Assembly (NCBI GenBank): GCA_964347045.1
Contig: CAYFXC010000003.1
Span: 70,701-134,700 of the forward strand
Reading direction: 5' to 3'
DNA: 64,000 bases
Source of the DNA: an uncultured archaeon
GTDB taxonomy: Archaea > Asgardarchaeota > Hermodarchaeia > Hermodarchaeales > Hermodarchaeaceae
This document shows, in pieces, positions 1 to 9,796 of this stretch; the first letter of the stretch is position 1, and every line of letters starts with the position of its first letter. Position numbers and translations under genes: made by a program. The notes below the pieces were generated by a model. It was not told the DNA's origin, did no database searches, and worked only from the letters and a program-made list of their open reading frames with translations.

Positions 1-599
1 GCGTTACAATCTCCTTTTCAGCCCCGGCACAAATTATTGACACTCAGATTTCACTTCCCTCAAATATTGCACTGCTGGAAACATTGACCATTCCCCTTGG
101 ATCAAAGAAGAAATTCAAGATTCCATTCTCACTGGAACCCCGGTTACCAGGCACCTTTGATGTCGGGCCACTGACAATCCTTTTTCAAATAGATCATCAG
201 CAATTTCAATTTAGATCCAATCTATCCCAATTGAAAATCACTGCTGCCAAACCTCGAATTAACCTGGTCGCAAAACCGGTCATTTCTCCTCATTCTCAAG
301 AGGAATTCGAGCTTTCTCTACGTGTTGAAAACACCAGCCATGGCGATGCCTCTGATTTAGCTATCAATATAAGCCTACCACCTACTCTTCTTCTCAAAAC
401 TGGGACACTAGAAAAACGTATACTCGCTCTTCCTGCCCAACAGCATGTCCAATTCCCCCTATTCCTTATTGCTACCAAAGCAGGCACTCATGAAGGCGTA
501 ATGACGTGTATATTCCAAGGTCCAAGTGGACGAAGCCAAAAAATAGAGAATAAGTTTTCAGTAGAAATTTTACCCCGGGTCCGAAAGGAAAAAGATTAA
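1..599 (+). CDS. 5'-partial protein with tandem beta-sandwich (Ig/CARDB/BatD-like) domains
   Basis: The frame is open from position 3 to the stop at 599. Beta-strand patterns (ELSLRVENTSHGDASDLAINISLP; FLIATKAGTHEG) are typical of Ig-like domains. Confidence 0.55.
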   Translation, partial: VTISFSAPAQIIDTQISLPSNIALLETLTIPLGSKKKFKIPFSLEPRLPGTFDVGPLTILFQIDHQQFQFRSNLSQLKITAAKPRINLVAKPVISPHSQEEFELSLRVENTSHGDASDLAINISLPPTLLLKTGTLEKRILALPAQQHVQFPLFLIATKAGTHEGVMTCIFQGPSGRSQKIENKFSVEILPRVRKEKD

Positions 600-644
600 T
601 GAACTGCCTTAGCCGCTGTCAACTATGAATAGGGGTTAACAACT

Positions 645-1943
645 ATGCGAGCACTTCTTCTAGCAGGCGGTGAAGGCAAACGCATGTGGCCACTTGTTGA
701 TACATGCCCTAAACCACTAATCGATATCGGTGGTAAACCAGTCATAGAGTGGATAATTAAAGATATGCGTGCAGCAGGAATTCGTGACATCGTCGTATCC
801 CTCGGATATCGCGGGGAGCAGATTCGCGATTTTCTAGGACAGGGTCACAAATTCGGTGTAAAAATTGAATATGTAGTTCAGAAAGAACCTCGAAGTGTCA
901 CAGATTCTATTCTTGTCGCGAGAGAAGAATTACAGGGTGAAGATGCATTTTTCATCGTCAACGCGGATATCCTGGGCGAACCTACAATGTTTCGGCGTGC
1001 CCAACGACATTTCAAAGATCTTGGTGCCGAAGTTGTCATCAGCCTCACTTTAACAAACAATCCTCAGTTCTATGGAATTGCAGAAATTAACGAACGTGCT
1101 CGAATCAAACGTTTGGTCGAAAAGCCTCAACCTTCTGAAATCCAAAGTCGCTATGCAGTCGCGGGGATTTACGTGGTTCAGTCTAATATATTCAATTTGC
1201 TCGAAAATACAAAGGATTTGACCACCACCTTTCAACAGCTTATTGATAAGAGGAAAGAGGTCTATGGTTCCGTTTGGGAACGAGATTGGGTGGAAATATC
1301 TTACCCCTGGGATCTCATTCGTGCCAATCGGTTCGTTCTCGATAAAGTGTTAACAGGTAAAGGGTCTTTTATCGCCTCATCTGCTGATGTACAACAGCCC
1401 AGTAGAATCGAAGGTTCCGTTCACATCTCTGAAGGCGTTGTAATTCGTCCCCATTCAACAATACGAGGACCCACCTATATTGGTCCTAACACCTACATTG
1501 GAAATAATGTACTAGTTCGAGAATACACCGCTTTAGGCTCCAATGTCTTAGTGGGGTTTGGTGTTGAAATCAAAGAAAGTCTCATCTTTGATGAAACCAA
1601 AATTGGCCGCTTATGTTTTGTGGGTGACAGTGTAGTGGGACGTAACGTGGATATTGGGGCAGGCGCACAGCTTGTTAATCGTCCGGTTGCTGGAGAATCA
1701 ATTTCATCTGTCATAAAAGGTAAATCAGAAGTTGTACCTCGAGTGAAATACGGCGCGGTGATTGGAGATAATGCCATCCTGAGTCCCAATGTTTCCATAT
1801 ATCCTGGAGTGAAGGTTGGAACTAATTCTATTGTGCTACCTGGCACCATTCTTTCAGGGGATATTCCTGCTGACACAGAAGCAAAAACTACTCACAAAGT
1901 TGCATTTCGTGCTTTAGGTCAAAGAAAAGAGAAAAAGACTTAA
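645..1943 (+). CDS. Bifunctional sugar-1-phosphate nucleotidyltransferase/acetyltransferase (GlmU-like)
   Basis: LLAGGEGKRMWPL..PKPL nucleotidyltransferase motif, VEKP, and C-terminal hexapeptide left-handed beta-helix repeats. Confidence 0.9.
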   Translation: MRALLLAGGEGKRMWPLVDTCPKPLIDIGGKPVIEWIIKDMRAAGIRDIVVSLGYRGEQIRDFLGQGHKFGVKIEYVVQKEPRSVTDSILVAREELQGEDAFFIVNADILGEPTMFRRAQRHFKDLGAEVVISLTLTNNPQFYGIAEINERARIKRLVEKPQPSEIQSRYAVAGIYVVQSNIFNLLENTKDLTTTFQQLIDKRKEVYGSVWERDWVEISYPWDLIRANRFVLDKVLTGKGSFIASSADVQQPSRIEGSVHISEGVVIRPHSTIRGPTYIGPNTYIGNNVLVREYTALGSNVLVGFGVEIKESLIFDETKIGRLCFVGDSVVGRNVDIGAGAQLVNRPVAGESISSVIKGKSEVVPRVKYGAVIGDNAILSPNVSIYPGVKVGTNSIVLPGTILSGDIPADTEAKTTHKVAFRALGQRKEKKT

Positions 1944-1980
1944 AGGCTTTTAGGATGTCCGTCCCAAACGGTGATTCGGA

Positions 1981-2211
1981 GTGGCTGTAGTTCTTGCCTA
2001 TGTCCTTATCTTAGCAAAATCCGGACGCGAATTTGATATAATCGAGAGCCTAAAAGAATTCAAGCAAGTCAAAGAGGCACGAACCACGTTAGGTTCATGG
2101 GACATCATTGCCGCTGTGGAATCTGATTCCATGGAAGATCTCTATGTGCTTGTAGAACGAATACGAGCCCTTAGAAACGTCGAACGTACATCTACCCTCA
2201 TTACGAGATAA
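1981..2211 (+). CDS. Stand-alone Lrp/AsnC ligand-binding (RAM) domain protein
   Basis: 76 aa; AYVLI..., GSWDIIAAVE, VERTSTLI pattern. Confidence 0.85.
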   Translation: MAVVLAYVLILAKSGREFDIIESLKEFKQVKEARTTLGSWDIIAAVESDSMEDLYVLVERIRALRNVERTSTLITR

Positions 2212-2334
2212 TTAAGCCGCCTCCCGTTCTTTATTTCCAACCAGCCCATTTTTATCATCACATTCCTCAGGAACTAATTAACAAAAGAGTGCCTTTTTGG
2301 GGCTTCTTCCTTCCCCCTGACGAGGTAGAATTTC

Positions 2335-3375
2335 ATGACTGATGCATTTCCACCTTCAACAGAAGAATTCGATACAATTGAGGAACGGGCGGGAGATGCG
2401 AAATTCTTCCTAACTCTTGGAAGTGGAACCTTCTTAATCTTAGGCGCTCTCCTACTTCTACCTCATCTCGCCAATTATTTTGGTTTAATTCTCCTTCCTC
2501 CAAATGTAGCCCTTGCTTCGCTCATGGCTGGATTAGGTTATCTCCTTCCCGGATTTGTTCTATTCGCCTGGGGTTTAGGAAAAATCTTTCGTGGAAAGGA
2601 TCTGACTTTTCAGCAAGTTTGGCAAGCCCGAGTGCAAATTGGGGATGTCAAGCGAACCCTTCGCTTCCTCGTCTTTGTTACATTCTTTATCATCCTGCTT
2701 GTAGTTCCCGTGCTCATCGGGCTGTCTATCCTTGACATTATGAATGCCATCATTATGTGGGCACTTACTGTCTTTGGACCATTAGGAATTTATGTCGGAG
2801 TTTTCATTATTAGTATCTTTGGTAATTTCACTGTCATTTTTCCCGTTCCTTACTTGTTTATTATTCTCTTAATTGCCCTCCAACCAGGATTCACACTGTT
2901 AGATGCTCTGCTGCTTGGCATAGTGGCTGGCGCCGGAGCAGCTATTGGAGAAACAGTTGCCTGGCTACTCGGGCGTAGTCAGAGCGGATCCTTGGAAGAA
3001 TCACCTACTGGGCAAAAGATTTTAAAAATCCGTGGACAAATCGAACGCGGCTATGGGGGGCTATTGATCTTCATCTATGCTGCAACACCACTACCTGATG
3101 ACATCCTCCTCATCGCTCTTGGGGCAACGAAATATCCGCTATGGAAAGCTCTCGTTTTTTGTTTCTTCGGAAAAGTTGCACTTGCATTATTAATTACTTT
3201 GGGAGCGCAGTTACCCTTTCTACAACCCATTTTGTTCCAAATTTTTGGAGGAGGTTCAGATCCTCTCATGGATACCCTCTATCTCATTCTCGGTATCGCT
3301 TTGATTGGTCTATTCTTTTTACCATGGGGAACCCTGCTAAGGAAGATTCGTGGCACATCAGAGGAGACGAAATAA
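2335..3375 (+). CDS. DedA/VTT-family membrane protein with extra N-terminal TM segments
   Basis: Multiple TM helices; FPVPY, GAAIGE..AWLLGR and ATPLPDD motifs. Confidence 0.75.
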   Translation: MTDAFPPSTEEFDTIEERAGDAKFFLTLGSGTFLILGALLLLPHLANYFGLILLPPNVALASLMAGLGYLLPGFVLFAWGLGKIFRGKDLTFQQVWQARVQIGDVKRTLRFLVFVTFFIILLVVPVLIGLSILDIMNAIIMWALTVFGPLGIYVGVFIISIFGNFTVIFPVPYLFIILLIALQPGFTLLDALLLGIVAGAGAAIGETVAWLLGRSQSGSLEESPTGQKILKIRGQIERGYGGLLIFIYAATPLPDDILLIALGATKYPLWKALVFCFFGKVALALLITLGAQLPFLQPILFQIFGGGSDPLMDTLYLILGIALIGLFFLPWGTLLRKIRGTSEETK

Positions 3376-4113
3376 ATAGATTCGCTCTAATAAGCCAAAA
3401 ATACGGCCCTTAGCAATGATCTGAATTTTGAAGCCGACATTTTTTGTAAGTGAAATTATCCGTGGCAATAAAGCAGCGGAACTTAGCAGCATCTGGATTT
3501 CACCGTTTTTGGCTAGCACTTGTCGTGCATTGCTAAGAAACTGATCAAATAGCTCGTACTTAGAACCAGCACACCATCCTTTTGCCATCCAGCTTTGAGC
3601 ATCAAACCGGAAATAAGGGGGGTTGAATAAGATGATATCAAATGTTTCGTCCTTTACTGGAGAGAATAAATCACCTAAAAGGACTCTAACTCGGCTCTCA
3701 ATTCCATTTAGTCGCAAAGTAGCTTGGGCACATTGAACCGCTAAGGGACTGATATCCGTTGCTGTCACAGGTTGTGTTATCTGTGCCGCCGCGGCTGCGA
3801 TGGCTCCTGACCCAGTGCCAATTTCAAGCACCCGTCTTCTAGGTTTTAATTTCATGTGTCGAATAAAAAAGGAGGTTGTTTGACCCAAAATCGGGTTGAA
3901 CACTTGGGGGCAAATCTGTACGCGAAGTCCGTTAATCATTGTTACTTTTTCATAATGTACTCGACGATGGAAGAGTTCCAATAACCATGCGATTAGCCTT
4001 GGATATTGTGATTGGGCTAACATGATTAGATATCCTTCTTTTGTTTCATTCACAAGAGCATAATTGTTTAGTTTTCCCCTAAAACAACTAGGAGCTGATA
4101 TGCTACCCCACAA
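3358..4113 (-). CDS. HemK2/PrmC-like class I SAM methyltransferase (true start probably the ATG near 4023)
   Basis: VLEIGTGSG, DIS, GDLFSP and FDIILFNPPY motifs. Confidence 0.85.
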   Translation of the reverse strand: MWGSISAPSCFRGKLNNYALVNETKEGYLIMLAQSQYPRLIAWLLELFHRRVHYEKVTMINGLRVQICPQVFNPILGQTTSFFIRHMKLKPRRRVLEIGTGSGAIAAAAAQITQPVTATDISPLAVQCAQATLRLNGIESRVRVLLGDLFSPVKDETFDIILFNPPYFRFDAQSWMAKGWCAGSKYELFDQFLSNARQVLAKNGEIQMLLSSAALLPRIISLTKNVGFKIQIIAKGRIFGLLERIYLFRLL

Positions 4114-4152
4114 GGTTTTAAACTATTCAATCTAAGGTGACACTGATGCAGA

Positions 4153-4617
4153 ATGGCGCTCGGCGGATTTGACTTCTTAGCAGCTGAAAAAGACACCTCT
4201 AAGAAAATTGAGGAACTTGCGCAAGTTCTTGAAAGGGTGGCAACCATTTTTCTCAACGGCGTTGGCTCACTTGAAAAACAAATAGATGATTTGCGAAATC
4301 GGTTATCTATAATTGAAACACAAGTTGATACAGTTCTTCGTATGGGTGGACCCAAAGGAGCACCAACAGTTACCGCCGCCACCAGTGTAGGAGAACCGCC
4401 TAAAGCCGGACCAACTCCTAGTCCTGGAATGCCGCCTTCACAAGCTAGTCCCGGTTCTTCTCCAGGTCTGGCAGCACCTCCTCAAGCGCCAACATCACCG
4501 ATGGGTGCTGCGGCCTCCGGCGGGCTAGGAATTCGTGCTCAAATGCAAGGTGAACTTCAATCATTTCTTGCTCGACGCCGTGCGGCGCTTGAATCCATGA
4601 TGGAAAATGAAGAATAG
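4153..4617 (+). CDS. Coiled-coil / proline-rich / basic-helix protein; candidate actin regulator
   Basis: N-terminal heptad helix, PP-rich low-complexity linker, C-terminal GGLGIRAQMQGELQSFLARRRAA. Confidence 0.55.
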   Translation: MALGGFDFLAAEKDTSKKIEELAQVLERVATIFLNGVGSLEKQIDDLRNRLSIIETQVDTVLRMGGPKGAPTVTAATSVGEPPKAGPTPSPGMPPSQASPGSSPGLAAPPQAPTSPMGAAASGGLGIRAQMQGELQSFLARRRAALESMMENEE

Positions 4618-4629
4618 CAGCGTCTTGCC

Positions 4630-5268
4630 CTATTCATTTTTAAAGAATTGGCTTAAATCCTGTTGACCTTTCTGTGGTTCGGAATTTAATTTTTCACGAG
4701 TATTAAGCAGGCGTTTTAGTTTTTGCATATCTGCTTCCATCTCTGGGGTTAGATTTTGATTATACAATCCTGCCGCAGGGTGATACATTACAAAATAGGT
4801 GCGTCCTCCGCGTTTGAAGGTTTTTCCATGCATGGTTCCCATTCTTACAGTTGTTTCAAGAATGGTTTCTGTTGGAACTCGACCGACCAACGCAATAACT
4901 CGAGGTTTTATAAAATCTAATTGGCGTAAAAGGAATGGAAAACAGGCTTTTCGTTCATCAGCGAATGGTTGTCGATTTTCTGGAGGACGACACTTTACGA
5001 TGTTTGTGATGAAAACCATCGCTCTCGGGATTCCGGCTTCTTCTAGCAATTTGGTAAGTAATTTTCCTGCCGCTCCAACAAACGGCTCACCTTGAAGATC
5101 CTCTTGTCTTCCTGGTGCCTCGCCGATTATAACTAATTGGGCTTCTTGAGGCCCAACTCCCGGCACTGCTTGTGTCCGGGATTTCGAAAGTATACATTTA
5201 CGACATTCTAATATCTCGTGTCGTAGAAGGATCCATTGGTCTGAACTCATCGTCTCACCACTTACCAA
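4630..5268 (-). CDS. udg: Family 4 uracil-DNA glycosylase with C-terminal PCNA-interacting (PIP) box
   Basis: CRKC, GEAPG, PFVG, KCRPPENR, HPAA; C-terminal QQDLSQFF matches QxxLxxFF. Confidence 0.93.
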   Translation of the reverse strand: MVSGETMSSDQWILLRHEILECRKCILSKSRTQAVPGVGPQEAQLVIIGEAPGRQEDLQGEPFVGAAGKLLTKLLEEAGIPRAMVFITNIVKCRPPENRQPFADERKACFPFLLRQLDFIKPRVIALVGRVPTETILETTVRMGTMHGKTFKRGGRTYFVMYHPAAGLYNQNLTPEMEADMQKLKRLLNTREKLNSEPQKGQQDLSQFFKNE

Positions 5269-5307
5269 GCATCAACAGGGTGGAGAGGGTACATCTTCCT
5301 CTTAATG

Positions 5308-6156
5308 CTATTCGGTTGGGGTTGTTGCACGAACTCGTCGTCGCTTGCGGAATGCATAGAAGAGAACTAAGCCTAGAAAAATCCCTGCAGGTAAAATGAT
5401 GGTTACAATCTTGTTAACCAATGATGTATCAACAGGAATGGTAATGACTTGACTACTGATGAATTCGTCAAAATAATACATTGAAACGTTTGCAGGGAAC
5501 ATACCGAAATCATATACGTGAGTAACATTAGGCATTAGTGGAATTGCTACTGTATTCGATCCAGGTAGAATTTCGACTTCTTGTGAAGAGTTTACAAATT
5601 TTGATCCAAATACTTCAATACGAACTGATTTTATCTCGTTGACGCGATTTTCAATTGAGACCAAAAGGAGTCCTATTTGGTTCTGTGAAAAGACGCTTCC
5701 AGGCACAACATTTGTGATGCTTGCAACAGGAATCACAGTGATCGGGTATTGCTCGTATAAGAACGAGAAATCACCAACACTAATCTCAAAGGTAGCAATG
5801 TGAACTCCCAAAGTAGCGGTCTCATTTACTTTGTACTCAACGACGACAGTCATTGACTCTTCAGGTCCGATTGTGAAGTTCACAAGTTCTATGAGTGGAT
5901 TAATTGGGCTTTGGCTTCGGATTTCGCCTATTTGGTCAGAAAACCGTGCCCACCCATCAAGTGAGATATTTAACAAGTTATGGACGGTTGCTTGTACTTG
6001 CCCACTTGATGCTTGAGGTATTTCATAGGGGACTTGAACATCGGTGATTTGGATATTCGGTTGAGCCGCAACCGGTGTGTAGGCGGGTAAACCCAGAATT
6101 GAGGCGATGAACAACGTTGCAATCAAAAGGGTACAAATGCGAAGTGAGAGTTTCAC
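5308..6156 (-). CDS. Secreted, C-terminally anchored surface protein (Ig-like repeats)
   Basis: N-terminal signal peptide, beta-rich body with several N-x-S/T sequons, C-terminal TM helix followed by RKRRR. Confidence 0.7.
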   Translation of the reverse strand: MKLSLRICTLLIATLFIASILGLPAYTPVAAQPNIQITDVQVPYEIPQASSGQVQATVHNLLNISLDGWARFSDQIGEIRSQSPINPLIELVNFTIGPEESMTVVVEYKVNETATLGVHIATFEISVGDFSFLYEQYPITVIPVASITNVVPGSVFSQNQIGLLLVSIENRVNEIKSVRIEVFGSKFVNSSQEVEILPGSNTVAIPLMPNVTHVYDFGMFPANVSMYYFDEFISSQVITIPVDTSLVNKIVTIILPAGIFLGLVLFYAFRKRRRVRATTPTE

Positions 6157-6305
6157 TAGTTAGCCACCTTGTTGTTTACTGGTCTTGGGGTTCAGAGCCA
6201 ATGTCTAATGTGTCTTTTAAAGTCTTTCTGCCTAGGACGGAACGAAAATCTTCTCCCTCCTTAGACATGCTCGAAGGCAGTTCTCCAAGTAACTAATTCG
6301 GCATG

Positions 6306-6360
6306 TTTAAATAAAGCAGTATTACTGCTTTGCCGGACTATATATAGTCACACGATATAT
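6306..6360 (+). promoter_or_regulatory. Promoter of padR-cdc48 with inverted-repeat operator candidates
   Basis: TTTAAATA at 6306, then AAAGCAGT-att-ACTGCTTT (6313-6331) and the perfect palindrome GACTATATATAGTC (6336-6349). Confidence 0.55.
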
Positions 6361-6375
6361 TCGGAGTAGAGTTGA

Positions 6376-6798
6376 ATGACTGAAGCACCTACCGACAAAA
6401 CAAATGATAAGATTCGAGAATGGTCTCGTGAAATCAATCGTGGCATTCTTGAGTTCTGGGTACTCACCTTATTGCGGCAAGAAAGCCTTTATGGAGCGCG
6501 TATCAGCGCTCTTATCGATGACATGTCGGCAGGGCACATTCAAATGGAACCCGGAACCATCTATCCCTTACTCAATCGTCTTGCAGAAAAAGGGTGGATT
6601 GTTGGCAACACCAAAATCCACAGTGAAGGTCGAGGGCCCTTGCGTCGGTACTATCGGTTAACCAAAGATGGTGATCAATTACTCCAAGCAATGATCGACC
6701 ATTACTTTGATACATGTGAAGCCCTCTTCCAATTAATGGCATCTGAGTTCCAGTCTGTCCGTAAACGCTTATCTTCAATAACGGAGGAAATTGATTAA
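6376..6798 (+). CDS. PadR-family transcriptional regulator
   Basis: RGILEFWVLTLL, YG, GTIYPLLNRL..KGWI, RRYYRLT..G. Confidence 0.92.
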   Translation: MTEAPTDKTNDKIREWSREINRGILEFWVLTLLRQESLYGARISALIDDMSAGHIQMEPGTIYPLLNRLAEKGWIVGNTKIHSEGRGPLRRYYRLTKDGDQLLQAMIDHYFDTCEALFQLMASEFQSVRKRLSSITEEID

Positions 6799-9051
6799 AT
6801 GTCAGCAAAAATTCAACTTCGTGTAGTCTCTCTTCCAAGCGATGAAGCTGGACGTGGAATTGTCCGTGTTGACCCCAAGGTCATGGAACGCCTTGGCGTG
6901 ACGTCGGGGGACATAGTTGAGATTACAGGAAAAAAGAATACTGGTGCTCGCGTTTGGCGTGGTCAATCCATTCATGCGGGTTCAGGAAAAATCTTCATGG
7001 ATGGTCTGGTCCGAAGCAACGCTGGTACTGGGATTGGAGAATTTGTCGAAGTCAAACGAATTGATCCATCACCTGCTAAAGGAGTCGAACTTGCACCTGC
7101 ACAACGAGGTGTTCGAATTGTCGCGGAAGGCGATGCCGTAAAACCGAGCTTAAATCAACGACCAGTTGCTCAAGGTGATATTGTTAGTACTGCGGGATCA
7201 GGCACCATTCGGAGTGGCGATTATTCAGTTTTCGAAGCTATGATGCGTGGTGCAGGAGCACCCTTTGCCCTTGGAGAAATCAAGTTCGTGGTTACTAAAA
7301 CCACTCCTAAAGGCATTGTTAAGATTACCGAAGATACGGTTATTCAGATTCAACCCGAAGCCGTCGATATTACTGTAAAAGCTCCCATTGTCACCTACGA
7401 AGATATTGGAGGGCTTGATGAGGCTATTGACCGCGTTCGCGAGATGATTGAACTTCCTTTGAAACACCCGGTGCTCTTTGATCGATTGGGAATTGATCCA
7501 CCAAAAGGAGTCCTACTATTCGGACCACCTGGTACGGGTAAAACTCTTCTAGCACGTGCTGTAGCCAATGAATCTGATGCAACATTCATTTCCATTAATG
7601 GTCCTGAAATTATGAGTAAATTTTATGGCGAATCTGAAAAACGCCTACGGGAACTATTTGATAAAGCATCTGAACGTGCTCCTAGCATCATCTTCATTGA
7701 TGAAATCGACAGCATTGCTCCTAAACGTGAAGAAGTACAAGGGGAAGTAGAACGTCGTGTTGTAGCCCAGCTCCTTGCACTCATGGATGGTCTTCAAGCC
7801 CGAGGCCGAGTCATCGTCATTGCGGCCACTAACCGCCAAGATGCATTAGATCCAGCGTTACGTCGCCCCGGTCGCTTTGACCGCGAAATTGAAATCCCAG
7901 TACCAACACGCACGGGACGCAAGGAAATTCTTCTTATCCACACACGTGGTATGCCCTTAGCTAAAGATGTGAATCTAGATACACTTGCTGATTCCACACA
8001 TGGAATGGTAGGCGCTGATTTGGCTGCAATTGCCCGTGAAGCGGCAATGAATACGTTGCGCCGGATTCTTCCACGAATCAATTTGGATGAGGATCAACCT
8101 CTTCCATCAGATATTATTGAAAGTCTTGAAGTCACAGGTGAAGATTTTGACGAATCATTACGACGTGCAGAACCTTCTGCTCTTCGCGAAGTGTATCTAG
8201 AAATCCCCAAAGTATCATGGGAGGACGTGGGAGGACTAAAAGAAGTAGAAGATGAATTACGCGAAGCTGTTGAGTGGCCTCTAAAATACCCTGCTAAATT
8301 TGAAAAAGTCGGGGTTCAACCACCTAAAGGAATTCTTCTCGTTGGACCACCTGGTGGTGGAAAGACATTACTAGCAAAGGCTGTTGCCACCGAAAGTGAA
8401 GCCAACTTCATTGCCATCCGAGGACCTGAGATTTTCAGCAAATGGGTGGGAGAATCTGAGAAAGGAATTCGGAAAATCTTTCGCAAAGCACGACAAGTTG
8501 CGCCTAGTATAATCTTCTTTGACGAGCTTGATAGCCTTGCTCCCGCAAGAGGTCAATGGCAAGGAAGCCACGTCTATGAATCCGTTCTTAATCAACTCCT
8601 TGCAGAGATGGATGGAATGGAAGAGCTCAAAAACGTCGTTGTAATTGGTGCCACCAATCGACCTGAAATCATTGATAAGGCACTCCTCCGCCCTGGACGC
8701 TTTGACCGAATCATCATGGTCCCAGCACCAGACATGGAAGCTCGGATAGAAATTCTCAAGGTTCATACACGAAAAATGCCCATCGATGACGATGTAGACC
8801 TTATAAAAATCGCTAAGGAAACCGAAGGCTACTCTGGTGCTGATATCGCAAACCTTATCCGTGAAGCTGGCATGTACGCAATTCGAAACGAAGAAAAACT
8901 GACTACTGTCAATGCCAAGCACTTTGAAGCAGCTAGGGCTAAAATCAAACCCAGCATCACTCCTGAAATGCTCAAAGCCTACAAAGATTACATCGACGTG
9001 ATGTCCACAAAACGTGATGCTATCGACACCACGCCTGGTCCTTATACCTAA
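6799..9051 (+). CDS. cdc48: Cdc48/VAT (p97-family) AAA+ ATPase
   Basis: N-domain plus two AAA modules (GPPGTGKT / IIFIDEID / RRPGRFD; GPPGGGKT / IIFFDELD / RPGRFD). Confidence 0.97.
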   Translation: MSAKIQLRVVSLPSDEAGRGIVRVDPKVMERLGVTSGDIVEITGKKNTGARVWRGQSIHAGSGKIFMDGLVRSNAGTGIGEFVEVKRIDPSPAKGVELAPAQRGVRIVAEGDAVKPSLNQRPVAQGDIVSTAGSGTIRSGDYSVFEAMMRGAGAPFALGEIKFVVTKTTPKGIVKITEDTVIQIQPEAVDITVKAPIVTYEDIGGLDEAIDRVREMIELPLKHPVLFDRLGIDPPKGVLLFGPPGTGKTLLARAVANESDATFISINGPEIMSKFYGESEKRLRELFDKASERAPSIIFIDEIDSIAPKREEVQGEVERRVVAQLLALMDGLQARGRVIVIAATNRQDALDPALRRPGRFDREIEIPVPTRTGRKEILLIHTRGMPLAKDVNLDTLADSTHGMVGADLAAIAREAAMNTLRRILPRINLDEDQPLPSDIIESLEVTGEDFDESLRRAEPSALREVYLEIPKVSWEDVGGLKEVEDELREAVEWPLKYPAKFEKVGVQPPKGILLVGPPGGGKTLLAKAVATESEANFIAIRGPEIFSKWVGESEKGIRKIFRKARQVAPSIIFFDELDSLAPARGQWQGSHVYESVLNQLLAEMDGMEELKNVVVIGATNRPEIIDKALLRPGRFDRIIMVPAPDMEARIEILKVHTRKMPIDDDVDLIKIAKETEGYSGADIANLIREAGMYAIRNEEKLTTVNAKHFEAARAKIKPSITPEMLKAYKDYIDVMSTKRDAIDTTPGPYT

Positions 9052-9062
9052 AAACTTAAACA

Positions 9063-9100
9063 TCCGGCTCTCCCTGAGCCGGAAATCCCTTTCTTTTCAT
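9063..9100 (+). terminator. Hairpin plus pyrimidine tract after cdc48
   Basis: TCCGGCTC-tccct-GAGCCGGA (9063-9083) followed by CCCTTTCTTTTC. Confidence 0.6.
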
Positions 9101-9120
9101 CAAAATGGCGCTTGCCAGCC

Positions 9121-9181
9121 CTATAAAAGGTTTATAAGGGCAATGGCTACGTTATAAACAGTCTTTAAAAAGTTTATAAAG
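9121..9181 (+). promoter_or_regulatory. Cluster of TATA-like boxes upstream of tbp
   Basis: TATAAAA, TTTATAA, TTATAAA, TTTAAAAA and TTTATAAA within 60 bp. Confidence 0.55.
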
Positions 9182-9211
9182 CACACTCCGCCGGTCTGGG
9201 AGGTATTCATC

Positions 9212-9763
9212 TTGCCAAAGAGACCTAAATACAAAATAGAAAATGTAGTTGCAAGCGTCGAAGTCGACGCAAAAATTGATCTCAATCTTCTTGCCCGTAA
9301 ACAGCGGGATGCTGAATATAACCCCGAACAGTTTCCTGGGTTGATGCTCCGTGTGAAAAATCCAAAGGCTACTATTCTCGTCTTTAATAGCGGACGGATG
9401 GTCATCACAGGATTACGACGAGAGAGCGAAGCAGAGAAGGCCGTCGAAAACGTGATTGCCAAGATACGGAAAGCAGGGATCACAGTCTCCGGTAAACCCA
9501 AAATTACTATCCAAAATATCGTCGCTTCAGGTGATTTACACAGCCGCGTGGATCTCGATATGGCACAGATGGCCCTAGAACGCTGTTTGTATGAACCCGA
9601 AGTCTTCCCGGGGCTTATCTACAGAATGAAGACTCCTAAAGCCGTTTTCCTAATCTTTAGTAGTGGAAGGATTGTTTGCGCTGGTACAAACAAAGAGACA
9701 ATCACCCGCAAAGCAATCTATCTTTTAGCAGATCACATGCGTGATCTTGGGCTAATCGAATAA
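9212..9763 (+). CDS. tbp: TATA-box-binding protein
   Basis: Two TBP repeats: IENVVAS..YNPEQFPGL..LVFNSGRMVITG and IQNIVAS..YEPEVFPGL..LIFSSGRIVCAG. Confidence 0.98.
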   Translation: MPKRPKYKIENVVASVEVDAKIDLNLLARKQRDAEYNPEQFPGLMLRVKNPKATILVFNSGRMVITGLRRESEAEKAVENVIAKIRKAGITVSGKPKITIQNIVASGDLHSRVDLDMAQMALERCLYEPEVFPGLIYRMKTPKAVFLIFSSGRIVCAGTNKETITRKAIYLLADHMRDLGLIE

Positions 9764-9796
9764 ATTGGAAGCCACTTTTTGGATCAAAAATATGGG

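Noticed and set aside
8371-9063. 230-aa antisense ORF in cdc48
   Set aside because: Antisense shadow of a highly conserved gene with no recognisable motifs.
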